A stretch of DNA of 64,000 nt. It comes from Podarcis bocagei (taxonomy: Eukaryota). Under the pieces are notes generated by a model. It did not search any database and had not been told where the DNA came from. It saw nothing but the letters and a program-made list of their open reading frames with translations. The position numbers and the translations under genes were made by a program. The stretch is taken from the NCBI GenBank assembly GCA_964188305.1, contig OZ076888.1. One strand, given 5' to 3'. Position 1 is the first letter of the stretch; every line of letters begins with the position of its first letter. Shown here one piece after another: positions 52,764 through 64,000 of the stretch.

Positions 52764-53084
52764 TATTGGCAAGGTTCCATAGGTTGTTTCTATTTTAAAT
52801 TGTTATATTTTACCATTGCAATCTGTGACCCTCCAGATGTTGCTGGCCTACATAAGGACCAAAGGCTTATCTAGTCCAACATTCTGTTCTCACAGTGGCC
52901 AACTAGATGTCTATGAGAAAATTTAAGTAAGCAGGGCATGAGTGCAAGAGCACTCACCTCACTTGCAATTTCCAACAACTGGTATTCAGAGACTTCAGAC
53001 AGTCGAGGTAGAACATTTCCATCCTGGCATCCATTAATGTGTCTAATCCTAGCAATTTGGTGTTATGAGCAAACTTTGCTGCCT

Positions 53085-53540
53085 CACTGTTAACCCCTAA
53101 CTCTAGAACGTTTATGAACAAGTTTAAAAGTGCAGGTTCCGATATTGATACTTAAGGGAACTCCACTCTTTACATCCCTCCACTTCTTCAGGAAGGTTTA
53201 GACCAAATCCTGAGAATACTGATCCACAAGAGAAGTTCTCCTTTTATGCCACAACTGCTAAGATTATTCAGGTGTCTTTGGTGAAGGGCAATATCAAAAG
53301 CTTTGTGAAAGTCTAAGTACACATTGTCAACTGGATCACCTCTGCCTATGTGCTTGTTGACACGTTCAAAGAACTCTAAAAGGTTAGTGAAAGAGGACTT
53401 AACCTTGCAAAAGGCATGCTGGTTCCGCTTCAGCAAAGCTCATTATTCTATATGCCTGGCATTTTTATCTTTTATAATGCTTTCCACCAGTTTTCACAGA
53501 ACAGATGTTAAGGTAACCAGCCAATAATTTCCTGGATCCC
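53085..53540 (-). mobile_element. CR1 LINE reverse transcriptase fragment
   Basis: ORF 53188..53436 NQHAFCKVKSSFTNLLEFFERVNKHIGRGDPVDNVYLDFHKAFD matches CR1 RT motifs (QHGF..SCLTNL..F; VD..YLDF.KAFD). Confidence 0.88.
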
Positions 53541-55033
53541 TCCCCCCCCCCAAAAAAAACCCCTGGTGTTATGTTGGCCATTTTCTCATCCTCAGGTAGA
53601 GATGCAAAAGAGTACCCTCACAAACTTTTTACTCCCTTGTTATCCAGATGTCCAGGCTCCTCCCTAGAGGGTCTCCAGCTTCTCATGTATCTAAAGATTT
53701 GTGGTGGCGATCTTTGTTTTTAACAGTGTGCTCTTCTACTTTTTAAAATATGTATCCTTCATTGTCCACTTGCATTCTTTTGCTAAAGTTTGTGTTTCTT
53801 TTCGTTCTCATTTGGACAAGGCTTCCATTTTCTGAAGGAAGTCTTCTTGCCTCTGTGGAAAGCCAGCCCACTTCATATGTGGAGAACCAGCTTCTATTTA
53901 CCACCGCTGATTCACCAGGTGGGTGGAGAGGTTCCTATTTTGTTCCCACTCCCACCATTGTACTCACATTTCAAATCCTGCCACCGCTGTATATCTCTGC
54001 TCTGCTGGTTTACCAAAGCCTTAATCCACAGTTGTGGTATTTTAGACATGGTACAAAACCAGCCAGACCCGCTTTATAAGTAAATATGGGTGACCAAGAA
54101 TTTCTACCCAGCAAGCGAATCAGAAGTTAAATTGTAGAATCCTTTAACTTGGCATAAAAATAACCCAGCTCTTCCAAGATCAGTTTTATGCAACTAAGCA
54201 ACTGACAGCCACCAAGGGATACTTAACTCTTCACATAACCTCACATACAGAAATGAACTCTTGTATGTTGAATACAAAACAAACACTGTCCCAGTAAACA
54301 AATTTTAAAATATGATTTCTCCACAGCCTCCAACAGCTTTATTGATGTGGCTTGTTAACCGCACTAATGTTTTATTGGCCTCGGTGGTACCTTTCCTGAG
54401 CTGCCATGTACAGTTCAGCTGATCTTCTGTTACTATCGTTTTGAACAAAATTATTTAAAATTTATTTTAAAGTATTTGAAACTCCAGCTCACCCATCTTG
54501 GTTCGGGGGCTTCTGGTATTAGTATTTAAACACTTGCACATGGTGCCTCTCTCCAAATGTCTTTGGCACAAGATATTTTGCTTTATGGCTCTTTCGCTTC
54601 TTTTAATCGCTCTTGTGTGCCCCTGGGCTCTCAGTGCATCATCCTACACCCTCCTCTATTTGAACCTGGCGTCTATAGCCCTAACTATTGGCATCTATAT
54701 CCCTAACAACATCTAAATCCCTAACTATTGCCCATGCTGTCTGGGGCTGATGGGATTTGCAGTCCAACAATATCTGGAGAGGCACAGGTTATCCCCCTCT
54801 CCAAGCACAAAACCTAATAGCCATCTTTCTGAACTTCTAAGCTTTTTAACGAATGCTTGTGAACCAGTTGCCTTTTTTCCACAAATCGCTTTCAAAGCTG
54901 TCATCCAGCAAATATGCTTTGATCTAATGGCACTTGAGCAGCCAACATCAAAGTTAAATTAACACCTCCATCCCAAGAAACAGCAAAAGTGATATAGTTG
55001 AGTTGCATAGTTCAGGGCTGTAATTCCTCCCGC

Positions 55034-55186
55034 CAGTGGCGTAGCGTGGGTTGTCAGCACCCGGGGCAAGGCAAGTAATTTGCGCCCCCTAACCCGTGGA
55101 TTTTAGCACTTGAGTGCGAGCGCGCCCCCCCCAGATGTTGCGCCTGGTGCAGCCGGCCCCCCTGCACCCCCCACGCTATGCCACTG
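55034..55186. mobile_element. Complete hAT MITE unit forming the left part of the composite
   Basis: Closely similar to 62399-62545. Its right TIR carries one C>T change (CCCACGCTATGCCACTG) and is not followed by the TSD. Confidence 0.88.
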
Positions 55187-55581
55187 GGAACAGCTAAGGG
55201 AGCTGGGCATGTTTAGCCTGGAGAAGAGGAGGTTAAGGGGTGATATGATAGCCATGTTCAAATATATAAAAGGATGTCATATAGAGGAGGGAGAAAGGTT
55301 GTTTTCTGCTGCTCCAGAGAAGCGGACACGGAGCAATGGATCCAAACTACAAGAAAGAAGATTCCACCTAAACATTAGGAAGAACTTCCTGACAGTAAGA
55401 GCTGTTCGACAGTGGAATTTGCTGCCAAGGAGTGTGGTGGAGTCTCCTACTTTGGGGGTCTTTAAGCAGAGGCTTGACAACCATATGTCAGGAGTGCTTG
55501 ATGGTGTTTCCTGCTTGGCAGGGGGTTGGACTCGATGGCCCTTGTGGTCTATTCCAACTCTATGATTCTATGATTCTATGA
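55187..55581 (+). mobile_element. Young CR1 LINE 3' end inside the composite hAT
   Basis: [29 protein letters not shown]...[30 protein letters not shown] is the CR1 ORF2 C-terminus; (TTCTATGA)n tail. Confidence 0.95.
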
Positions 55582-55819
55582 GGCTGTGTCAGATAGGGTG
55601 GAAATTTCATCCTTTCTGTCCCTCACATGGGAAACCGAAAAACACCCTCTCAGAATTAACTAGGGACCAGGATTACCAAAGCCCCATTCTCCCTGCAACC
55701 GCTTGGGTATCTGGTGGGCACCCAGTGAAATTATTTCCAACCACAAAGTCCAATACAAAGTATTTTTGTGGTAGGGAAGGAGTTTCAGCTTTGCCTTGTG
55801 GGCTGTTCCTCCAAGCTGT

Positions 55820-56560
55820 CTTTGCGGCGCGTAACAGCCTGGAAGAGAATCAGCGAGAGGATCTTTAGAATTCAGTGCAAATTGAATTTCACCGGAATAG
55901 CTCGGAGGTGCTGGCAGCCCTCTTCCCTCCCCCCCCCCACGCTTTTTCGTTTTGTAAACAAGTGATCGGACTCTTCCCCTCCCCTCAGCCCCATGAAACA
56001 AGTCCCCAGCGCGAAAAGAAATAATATTTTTTTTAAAAAAAGAAGATAACAAGGACGGGGTGTTTTCCAGAGCGAGGTGGAAGCCGCCCATCGCAAGGGC
56101 AGAATCTCTGCGGTGCGTAATTACGCGCGGCTTGGAGAGCTCTTTTCCCCCCATTACCCGGGCCCTAGCGGTGCCCGCGGCAAGGTGAGGTTCTCCCTCT
56201 CCGGCAGGCGCCTCTGCGCGCCTTCACCCCATTCTCCAGCCCCGCCACATCTGGGAACATCATTAAGGAGTCGCCTCTGCAGCTCAGGAAGTTTTCACAC
56301 TTCACGTTTCATTAAACGCAGGTCTTCTCGGATTCCTTGGGAAAGGGAGAAGCGGGAGAGAAAGGGGAGAGGCGCTGGGCGCGGGTCGGGGGAGAGCGCC
56401 TGATTTGCAGCTGTTGGGCTTTCAAAGCCAAATAAAATGGCCAGTCTGCGGAGCGCAGCCGCAGCGGCGGTGGGGGGCGCGCGCGCGCTAGGGCGCAAGG
56501 CTGGCAGTGGCGGCGGGGAGCCCGGCGGAGGAAGGAACTTGTCCCTTCCCTCTGGACTCG
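55820..56560. promoter_or_regulatory. CpG-island-like segment carried inside the composite hAT
   Basis: High GC and CpG density (gcgcgcgcgc, gcggcgg) in an otherwise CpG-depleted window; contains AAAATGGCC (YY1-like), TAATTA and TTGTAAACA (forkhead-like) motifs. Confidence 0.45.
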
Positions 56561-57182
56561 CGCCCCCCGCAGATGTTGCGGCCGGTGCGGCCGGCACCCC
56601 TGGCACCCCCCACGCTACGCCACTGCCTCCCGCACCTCTGACCACACATACTGTGGGGCCTCTGTGCACCCAGATGAAAGGTTTGAACCAAATACATGCT
56701 GGTTTGCATTGGGTGTGTGAGTGTGAATGTGTATATCGGAATGGATGCCGGTTAAACTTTATGATGCCATTTATATGTAGCTGATTCTGCGATATTTCAG
56801 CAATGTTCCATGACTGCAAGTAATTAGTGCACTTACTTAAGCATGATGGTACCTACATATGTAATATAGGAACGCTTCTGGACTCACTGACCGCACAGCC
56901 CTATACATGTCTTCTCAGAAATAAGTCCCGATTGAGTTTAATGGGGCTTAGCCCCATGTAAGCAGGTATAAAATTGCAATCTGAGTTATCCCAGATACTG
57001 GCCATAAAGCCTATTCATATAGTGTGAACTTACCATTTAAAATGTTATAGCCACTGTTTGATCCAAAATTTTTAAAGCGAATTTGTAGCCAAATTTCCAC
57101 ACTAATGGTGGGTTGCTGCAGAATTGAGAAAAGTTCAGTGGCTGTAGTCAGTCCCTTTATGTACCCTCAAATTCCTCTAGCC

Positions 57183-57314
57183 CAGGGTTTCCCAAACTTG
57201 GGTGTCCAGCTGTTTTTTGACTACAATTCTCATCATCCCTGGTCACTGGTCCAGCTAGGGATGATGGGAGTTGTAGTCCAAAAGAGGCTGGAGACCCAAG
57301 TTTGGGAAACCCTG
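57183..57314. mobile_element. hAT-Charlie-type palindromic MITE
   Basis: CAGGGTTTCCCAAACTTGGGT ... ACCCAAGTTTGGGAAACCCTG; TSD CTCTAGCC / GGCTAGCC (6/8). Confidence 0.85.
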
Positions 57315-58547
57315 GGCTAGCCAATGAATATCAGAGTTATGAGCATGTGCATGGGGATAGTCTGTTCATGGCATTTTATTTATTTAATACCTAGTCCTCC
57401 AGAATTCTGATATTTTGGAAGTAGAGGAGATGAGGAGAGGAACTATGAGTCTGCCTGAGCTATAGCAAACCTGGTTATTGTGATGAAACTTTGCCTTCAG
57501 CTAATGATTGCTGTCACGGGCAGGACTTTGGCTCAGTGCTACCGTCTCTTGCTGTTCTCTCTCTCCTCTGAACTGAGTTTGCAAACTGACAGCTCACAGC
57601 AGTCAGGGGGAAGTGGCATGGAACAGATGCCTCCCAAGCCACGCCCACCACGATGCTTGTACACATGCCGCACAAATGAAAATATTGAGGATCTCTTCCA
57701 GATCTTTCACAAAAGTCAGGTGTTTTGCAAGGCAAGAAAAAGCAGCTTTTGTGTATGTTATTCTTGAACACCACCTGAATAATGACAATGTCATATGACA
57801 ACATGCAATTTTAAAAACAACAAGAACAACCCAGGAACTATACCACTATAAATGGTAAGTGGGGAAAGGCCCTCAGCCTTTGGTGTGTGGAGGTGGGAGG
57901 TATCTATGCAACTACTGCATCAGGGGATGCTCATGTCGAGCACTTTTCAGAGAGATGAAAGAAGTCAAGGCAATGTCCCAGCTGGCACTGTGTTGTGGGG
58001 GAAGCCAAGGTCTAATTTCTGTTGCCTGTCTGTACATGCATCTTTCCCTAGGCCCTTCTTCCCAGTGTTCATGGATTGCTTACTGGAAAGCTGTTTCCCT
58101 CTGGGGATTCTTTTAAGATGCAGGCTTGATTAGTACCACTGCATCTGTGGCAGCAGAGTAGACTATGCTCGTTGGGAACCAAGAAGTAAACACAAGAGCT
58201 TGCAACTTCCTGTCTCAGTTGTGTCTGAGAGTTTGGCAATGAACAGGAAGCAATTGTGCCACCCATGCACAGAAAACCTTTACCACCCTGCCTAGGTCAC
58301 ATGTGGCAGACCACACCATGCATGTACTTCTTTGCCTCTAAAGAATGAGAGGGGGGTTTCCCCTAGCTGCATGTACCATTGAATTCACAACAATTTAAGG
58401 TCTGGTTTTATCAGTTCTGTGGTGCACCACAGAACTCTGTGCTCCCATGATCAGCACACATTCATGCAATCTGTGCATGAGAGGTACTGTCTGTCTCAGA
58501 AAAGCATCCTCGTCATATCTGTAATTAACTGTTGAGATGGCTTTTGC

Positions 58548-58549
<2 letters not shown>

Positions 58550-58598
<49 letters not shown>
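58550..58598. repeat. (CA)n microsatellite
   Basis: Direct reading. Confidence 0.95.
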
Positions 58599-58601
<3 letters not shown>

Positions 58602-61600
58602 CATACCGCTGTCACTAGTCTGGAGTGACTAGTGCTTCTGCTAAGCACCTAATGTGTCCGCAACACAGTCTTATGCATGCCTTTTCAAAGGAAGCCTCCT
58701 AGTAGTTAAATGGCTGCAGTCCCAGGTAAGGATTGCAGCTTTAACAATCTCATCCTACACTGCATGGGGTGTATGAGTGAAAATGGGAGTGGGGAGTAAG
58801 GGGTGAATGGCTGTGAAATGCATGGCACAGTGATACTGCTGTAGTACTGGGAGGGCAATGGCTGGCTTTTCTTCTGGCATAAGGAAATGAAATTAAGTAC
58901 AGTGCCTTCCATTATGTCTGTCTCAGGATGCAATAATTGATTTTGCCTATTGATGCTGCATCTCCCTATTCCTCATACTGGATCCACTTGGGGAAAGCAG
59001 CCAAGCAAAGATGCCTTTAACCTGAGTTGGAGGATGGTTTGTTTGTGACATGATGAGAGCTACCAGGAACCACTGTGGGCAAATGCAGGGAGGCACCTGG
59101 TGGTACATCACCTAGAGCTCTTTGGAGGAAAGGTGGAATATATAGCCAATAGTCATAAATAAAATAAATCCCTGGCTATTGGCCATGTTGGTTGGCGCTG
59201 ATGGAATACAAACACACCTGCGGGGACAGAGGTTTTCAATCCCTGACTTAGGTTGTATGTAGGACCATGCCACTGGAGCAAGCAGCAAAGCAGAACAAGG
59301 ATAAGAATTCTATTTATTATTTTTTTCAACTCAACTGGGCAGATGCTAGGTACCACACCAGCCATTCAGACTGAGAGCCATTTCACTCATTAAAAATATA
59401 TGATGAGTTTACTTTGTCACATAAAGCTGTGTATTTGGGAAGGAATTGTGGTGGTTTGCTTGAAATCCTCCTGAAAAGAAGCACTGTTAATCTTTTGCTT
59501 CTGTGTCACTTTATGCCCCCCCCCCCCCGTGTGTGTGTCTTTCTATGAAAATAAGATTTTAGAGTTGCAGGGATTGTGTTTGGAGTTCAGACACTAATAA
59601 ATGCTTCCAAACACCATTAACCATCCAGTGCAATTGATTGGCAAACATTCCAAGGTATGGCTATATAATATTCAGTCCTTTTCCAGGGCAAAGTAAAATC
59701 CAGGTATATCTGGACACTATCTTTTGGGCAGAAAAACATATTTTGGGCAAAAAATACATGCAGAAAATATTGCTGTCACACGCTTACTGATTTTTGTCAG
59801 GATTTGTTGTAAGCCTGTATAGAGACAAGAGCTGTCTGGAGGAGCAGGAATGTCTTTACGATATGAGCACCTCTGTTGATGGGTTCCAATCCTTTTTACA
59901 TACACTTTTTAAAAAATAAAATCAAGTAAAATTATTCCAAAAGTGATCTGGAAATGGGAGACAGTTGTATTACTAATGGACATTAGCCACTCGACGCCTG
60001 CAAATGTCACACCAAAATGAACACACGCCTATTGTTAACAGTGCTGACCACATGCTTTAGAGAGACACAGCCTGTTAACAGAAACTTGCAAATGCCATGG
60101 CAGAACACAAAATGTAGAAATGCCATTGCCAGTGATATACAACACTGCTAGCAAATAACTGTGTGCAGAGGGGGAAATATTACTGTCTATACTGTACATA
60201 GCCCTAGTTAATTTTGCCACATTCCTTAGATCTGGGAATTTTGACTATGGGTCTCCTGCTTCTGAGACTGTATTTTAAAACAGAAAAAGCACTGCTATAG
60301 TTGAGCATGCAGGATCTGTGAATATTAGTTCAGTGTTTAAATTTAGACAGCAAGTTGCTTTTCTCTTTTACTTTGCTGCTTTATTTTTAGACTTAGAAAT
60401 GTACTTCCAAATCAAATCCACCCATCTTTGCCTCTTAGCTTTGGGCTGCTGTGACACTCCCCAAATGTAGAGGTTGCCTGGAGAGGAAAGATGATTTAAT
60501 AATACAGTAAATTGTTCTAGGGTCTGAGGTTGGGATTCCCCGCCCCCACCCCTCTTTCCCCCTGAATGTGTATGTGGCTCTGACGCAGTTTCCTGAAAGT
60601 CCTGCCTGGTCCTGCCAGGGACTGAACGAATGTAGATCCCAGCTCACCCAAAGGGGAGTGGAGTGGAGGGGGAGAGAAGACTTTGCCAAACTGGCTTGAC
60701 CAGAATGTGACACAAGAGCAGGAAATGAGTCACTCCTGGTAGGGCAGCTGCTCTCAGCCATTTGCATAAAGAGAAGCACCAGCAGAGGAGGGGGAAATGA
60801 CACCACGCCTCTCGGCCTGTCCTGAATAAAATCTGCTCCGCATTCAACTAGCTTGCAGGCTTCTGTCTTGATAGGTTGTTGTCCTCCTCTTCCTCCTCCT
60901 TCCCCCCTCGCTGCCCCCACCCCTGTCCTTCAAACATCTCTCTGCTATATCTCACCCTGCAGAACCCCAAACATTCAGGGTCTGGATCTTTTTAAAGTGC
61001 TGCCTGTAAAGTCAACATGAAACCTCTGTTTAAACGAAAGTACACACGCATGGCCCAGCCACCCAGCCTCCCTGGCACATTAGGATGGGTCGGGGCAAGG
61101 CCATTGGGGGGCCCTGGGTTATTTCCCAGGAGGAGCCCTGCTAAGCTGGCTGCACAAGGACAAAGCTCTGGCAAGGGGGATGATACAGACATAAACTGCT
61201 CTAGCATCGCTTCCATTGTCTCAATCGATTCCTGCCTGCAAAGGGATTAATTTTCCTCCTGCACTGAGCTAACCCAAGTAGGTCGGTCGGTGGGGTCCAG
61301 GGCAGGCTGGGTGGGAGGCCCTTTTGTGTGTTGGGATTTTGACAGAGAGTGGATTGTTTTGGCAGCCTCTAAGTCCCCTTTTATTAATAATTAGGGATGG
61401 GAGCCTGTCCTTTGCAGTGGTGACGCTTGCTCTTAAAAGGGCAAATTCGCAAGCAGGCCCAGCTGCAGGTAGGAGAGAGCTGAAGGGGAAACCGCTGGGG
61501 AGAGGGTATTGCAGGCTGGGATCTAGGACCCTCTTGTTTCTCACTGGGTGCCAGCAGTTTGAGGGGCATAGTTGTATGTATGTATGCCACACAGGATTAA

Positions 61601-61935
61601 AGTTGGACCTTGCATTCTATTATTTTATTAACAGATGTCCCAAACTTGTGGTGTTGGATATTAGACTTGTTTTGTGTTCTGTCGTGCTTTTTATCATTTT
61701 CATTTGCTGTATTTATTTTAAAAGTCGTTCCAGCGTAGTATACCAGGACCTTGTGGGTGACTTGGAAGCAGGTCATCAGTCTGCCTAAAAGTAGGTTTTC
61801 AGAGCAATGGTCAGAATTCAGAGAACTACATCTTTCTACAGTAGCTTTTGACTTCTTCGTCCAGAACACTGCCAGCACACAAACCGTTGGGCACACCTAA
61901 AGGAGCTCTTTGGACAGAGACTCAAAAAGCTCGGG

Positions 61936-61962
61936 GTGTGTGTGTGTGTGTGTGTGTGTGTG
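61936..61962. repeat. (GT)n microsatellite
   Basis: Direct reading. Confidence 0.95.
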
Positions 61963-62398
61963 CGTCTGTTAGTGAGTAGCTTTCCCCTTGTTTATATCTC
62001 CATTCTACCATAGCATCCCCTTGTCAGGAAATAGTGCCCAAGGGTTACAGCTTAAAAGGCACACATTTAGAAATATATAAAAGCAATGCTGAATCTTACA
62101 GGCAGCTGTGGTGTACTGCCGGTGCAGAAGTATAATAATTGTGTATTTTGTGTAAATAACATTTAAATAGGCCTGTACTGTTCACGAAGCAATGGCTGCT
62201 CTGCTTCGTCGTCTTCTAATGTGGATTTATGCATACCCACATGAATTGGTGTGTTGGCAGTTTATCTTTAGGCCCACATACTCCGTTTTAATCTGATTGG
62301 AGGATGGTGCTATTTATACAGGTTTAGTGGGTGGTTTGTTAAAGTGACAGAGCAACCTGATCTTGACCTTCCGGAGCACCCAGAGATGGCCAAAATAT

Positions 62399-62545
62399 CA
62401 GTGGCGTAGCGTGGGTTGTCAGCACCCGGGGCATGGCAAGTAATTTGCGCCCCCTAACCCGTGGATTTGCGCCCCCTAACCCTAACCCCCAGATGTTGCG
62501 CCTGGTGCGGCCGGGCCCCCCTGCACCCCCCACGCTACGCCACTG
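62399..62545. mobile_element. 147-bp hAT MITE (minimal form of the 55034 family)
   Basis: Perfect 17-bp TIRs CAGTGGCGTAGCGTGGG; perfect 8-bp TSD CAAAATAT (62391-62398, 62546-62553). Confidence 0.95.
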
Positions 62546-62630
62546 CAAAATATAGAGTAACTCTACTACGACTTCTGCTTTCCCACTCTGCCCTTTATTG
62601 AGCAGATTTCAAAGAAGACGTTGTTGTGAG

Positions 62631-62908
62631 CAGAGCTGGCCATGCCATCAGGCAGAGTGAAGCAGCCAGCCACCTCATTCAAGACATGTGAAGGGAAATG
62701 GCAGCCTAGTGTTGGGGGACACAGCTGTAAGTGCCACACAGTCTGTCCTGCACCCCCTAAGTTAATCTGCTGCTCTCGGCTACAGTAGAAGGTGATTTTC
62801 CGCCACCAGCGTTGAAGTAAGTTTCAACTGTCAGTTTGGCTGGCTTCTGTATGTGGGATGCCATTTTGCCCTTTGCCTCAGACAACATAATTTCTTGTGC
62901 TGGCCCTG
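62631..62908. mobile_element. Old hAT-like element
   Basis: CAGAGCTGGC ... GCTGGCCCTG degenerate termini; TSD not preserved. Confidence 0.35.
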
Positions 62909-64000
62909 GTCATGCATTAGTCCTGACCACAGCTATTTGGATCTGGACAGCAACTAGCCCTGGCGTCTCCAGCCACAACCCAATCTATAAATCTTTAAAG
63001 TCTTTTGTAAAGCTTTGGTTTAAACTCACACCACCCTGGGGAGGAAGGGAGGGGAGGAGTGTGTTTACCCTCCAACATTCCCCTCAGGCCTAAAGACCTT
63101 TAACCTCTTTTTATATTTTAAAAATAGTTTAATCTGCGTTAAAATGTGAGAGTCAAACTTGGGTGCTAGAAAGCACTTTGTTTTTGAAAGGTGCCCATTT
63201 CTTTTTTATTCCCAAAGGAATGTTTTTTAGATGAGTGAAGAACAACTGTAAGGAAGCGGGGAGTGTCTTTGGTCAGTGACTGAATTTTAGGGGGGTGAGG
63301 AGACAGCTCAAGTTCAGCTGACAGGCAGCTCCGTTGCTTTAATGAACCATCGTTGTAAACAACCTCTTCCTCCACTCAGAGGAGTCTGAAATGGCGAACA
63401 TGGTTTAATGGATTCCTTCATGAACATTGCAGCATGAGCCAGTATTTTTTTTTTGATGCAAACTGAGTGACATGACTGCCCTCACAGTATTTTCCCTGGG
63501 CATGAAACAGTGTTTTCCCCCAACAGGGAATGCAGGCATTTGCAGCATATAAAGGCACATTTCTGGGACAGAAATGACTCACGGGGATGACTAAGAGGCT
63601 ACGGGGCCTTTTGAAGCTACAGTGCCAGTTTGTGTCCAGCCCTGGTGGTTGATAGCTGCTACCGGCCAGTGGCCTGTGTGACTACATGCAAAAGGAAGCT
63701 GCTGGCTCCAATGGCTGCTTCCTTGGGTAAAGAATCAATTTTTTACACTGACGGGGAGGACCAACATTTTATGGACAATGGCAGCTGAGCTCTTTCTTTG
63801 GTTTTGCTGGAGGCCTCTGCAGAAGGATTAGGAGCCCTCACTGCAGGATGCAAAAATATGATATACCGGTATCCACTATGTGCCACAGGCCTGTAATGCG
63901 TATCCTTTTATAATAAGAGGTGTCTGTGAGCTTAGGCAGGATGGCAGGTATGTAGATGGTGGTGTGGCTGTGTATTCAGTACACTGAGGAAAAGACTGAT

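Larger units (their letters stand above)
55034..56625. mobile_element. Composite (cargo-carrying) hAT element
   Basis: Outer TIRs CAGTGGCGTAGCGTGGG / CCCACGCTACGCCACTG (17/17); identical 8-bp flanks CCTCCCGC at 55026-55033 and 56626-56633. Confidence 0.88.

Noticed and set aside
55110-55565. 151-aa ORF as a host gene
   Set aside because: TTG start; a chance fusion of MITE sequence to the CR1 ORF2 C-terminus.
55820-56560. CpG island as the native TRIM8 promoter or first exon
   Set aside because: No RING-domain ORF follows, and the segment is enclosed by hAT TIRs with a TSD.
56295-56819. 174-aa and overlapping Ala/Pro/Gly-rich ORFs
   Set aside because: A by-product of GC-rich sequence and the MITE end; no recognisable protein.

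Overview
Vertebrate genomic DNA, almost certainly from a squamate and probably a lacertid lizard (full-length Sauria SINE, CR1, L2, RTE, many hAT and Tc1/mariner MITEs). The + strand carries the last four coding exons of SUFU (8486-8620, 9443-9581, 21867-21935, 25300-25389). A TE-poor stretch follows that is probably a long 3' UTR, then about 31 kb of repeat-rich intergenic DNA. The main signal is cargo capture by non-autonomous DNA transposons. (1) A spliced, intact-ORF FKBP3 cDNA (- strand, 40616-41284) has no poly(A) tail or LINE-type TSD and sits between the two arms of a Tc2/pogo-type MITE (40417-41418); an empty sibling of that MITE is at 4369-4523. (2) A 1.6-kb composite hAT element (55034-56625) with perfect 17-bp TIRs and an 8-bp TSD carries a CR1 3' end and a CpG-island-like segment; the minimal 147-bp MITE of the same family is at 62399-62545. 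A ~215-bp inverted repeat pair encloses ~1.1 kb of SUFU intron. All family assignments are from motif recognition by eye; no searches were run.
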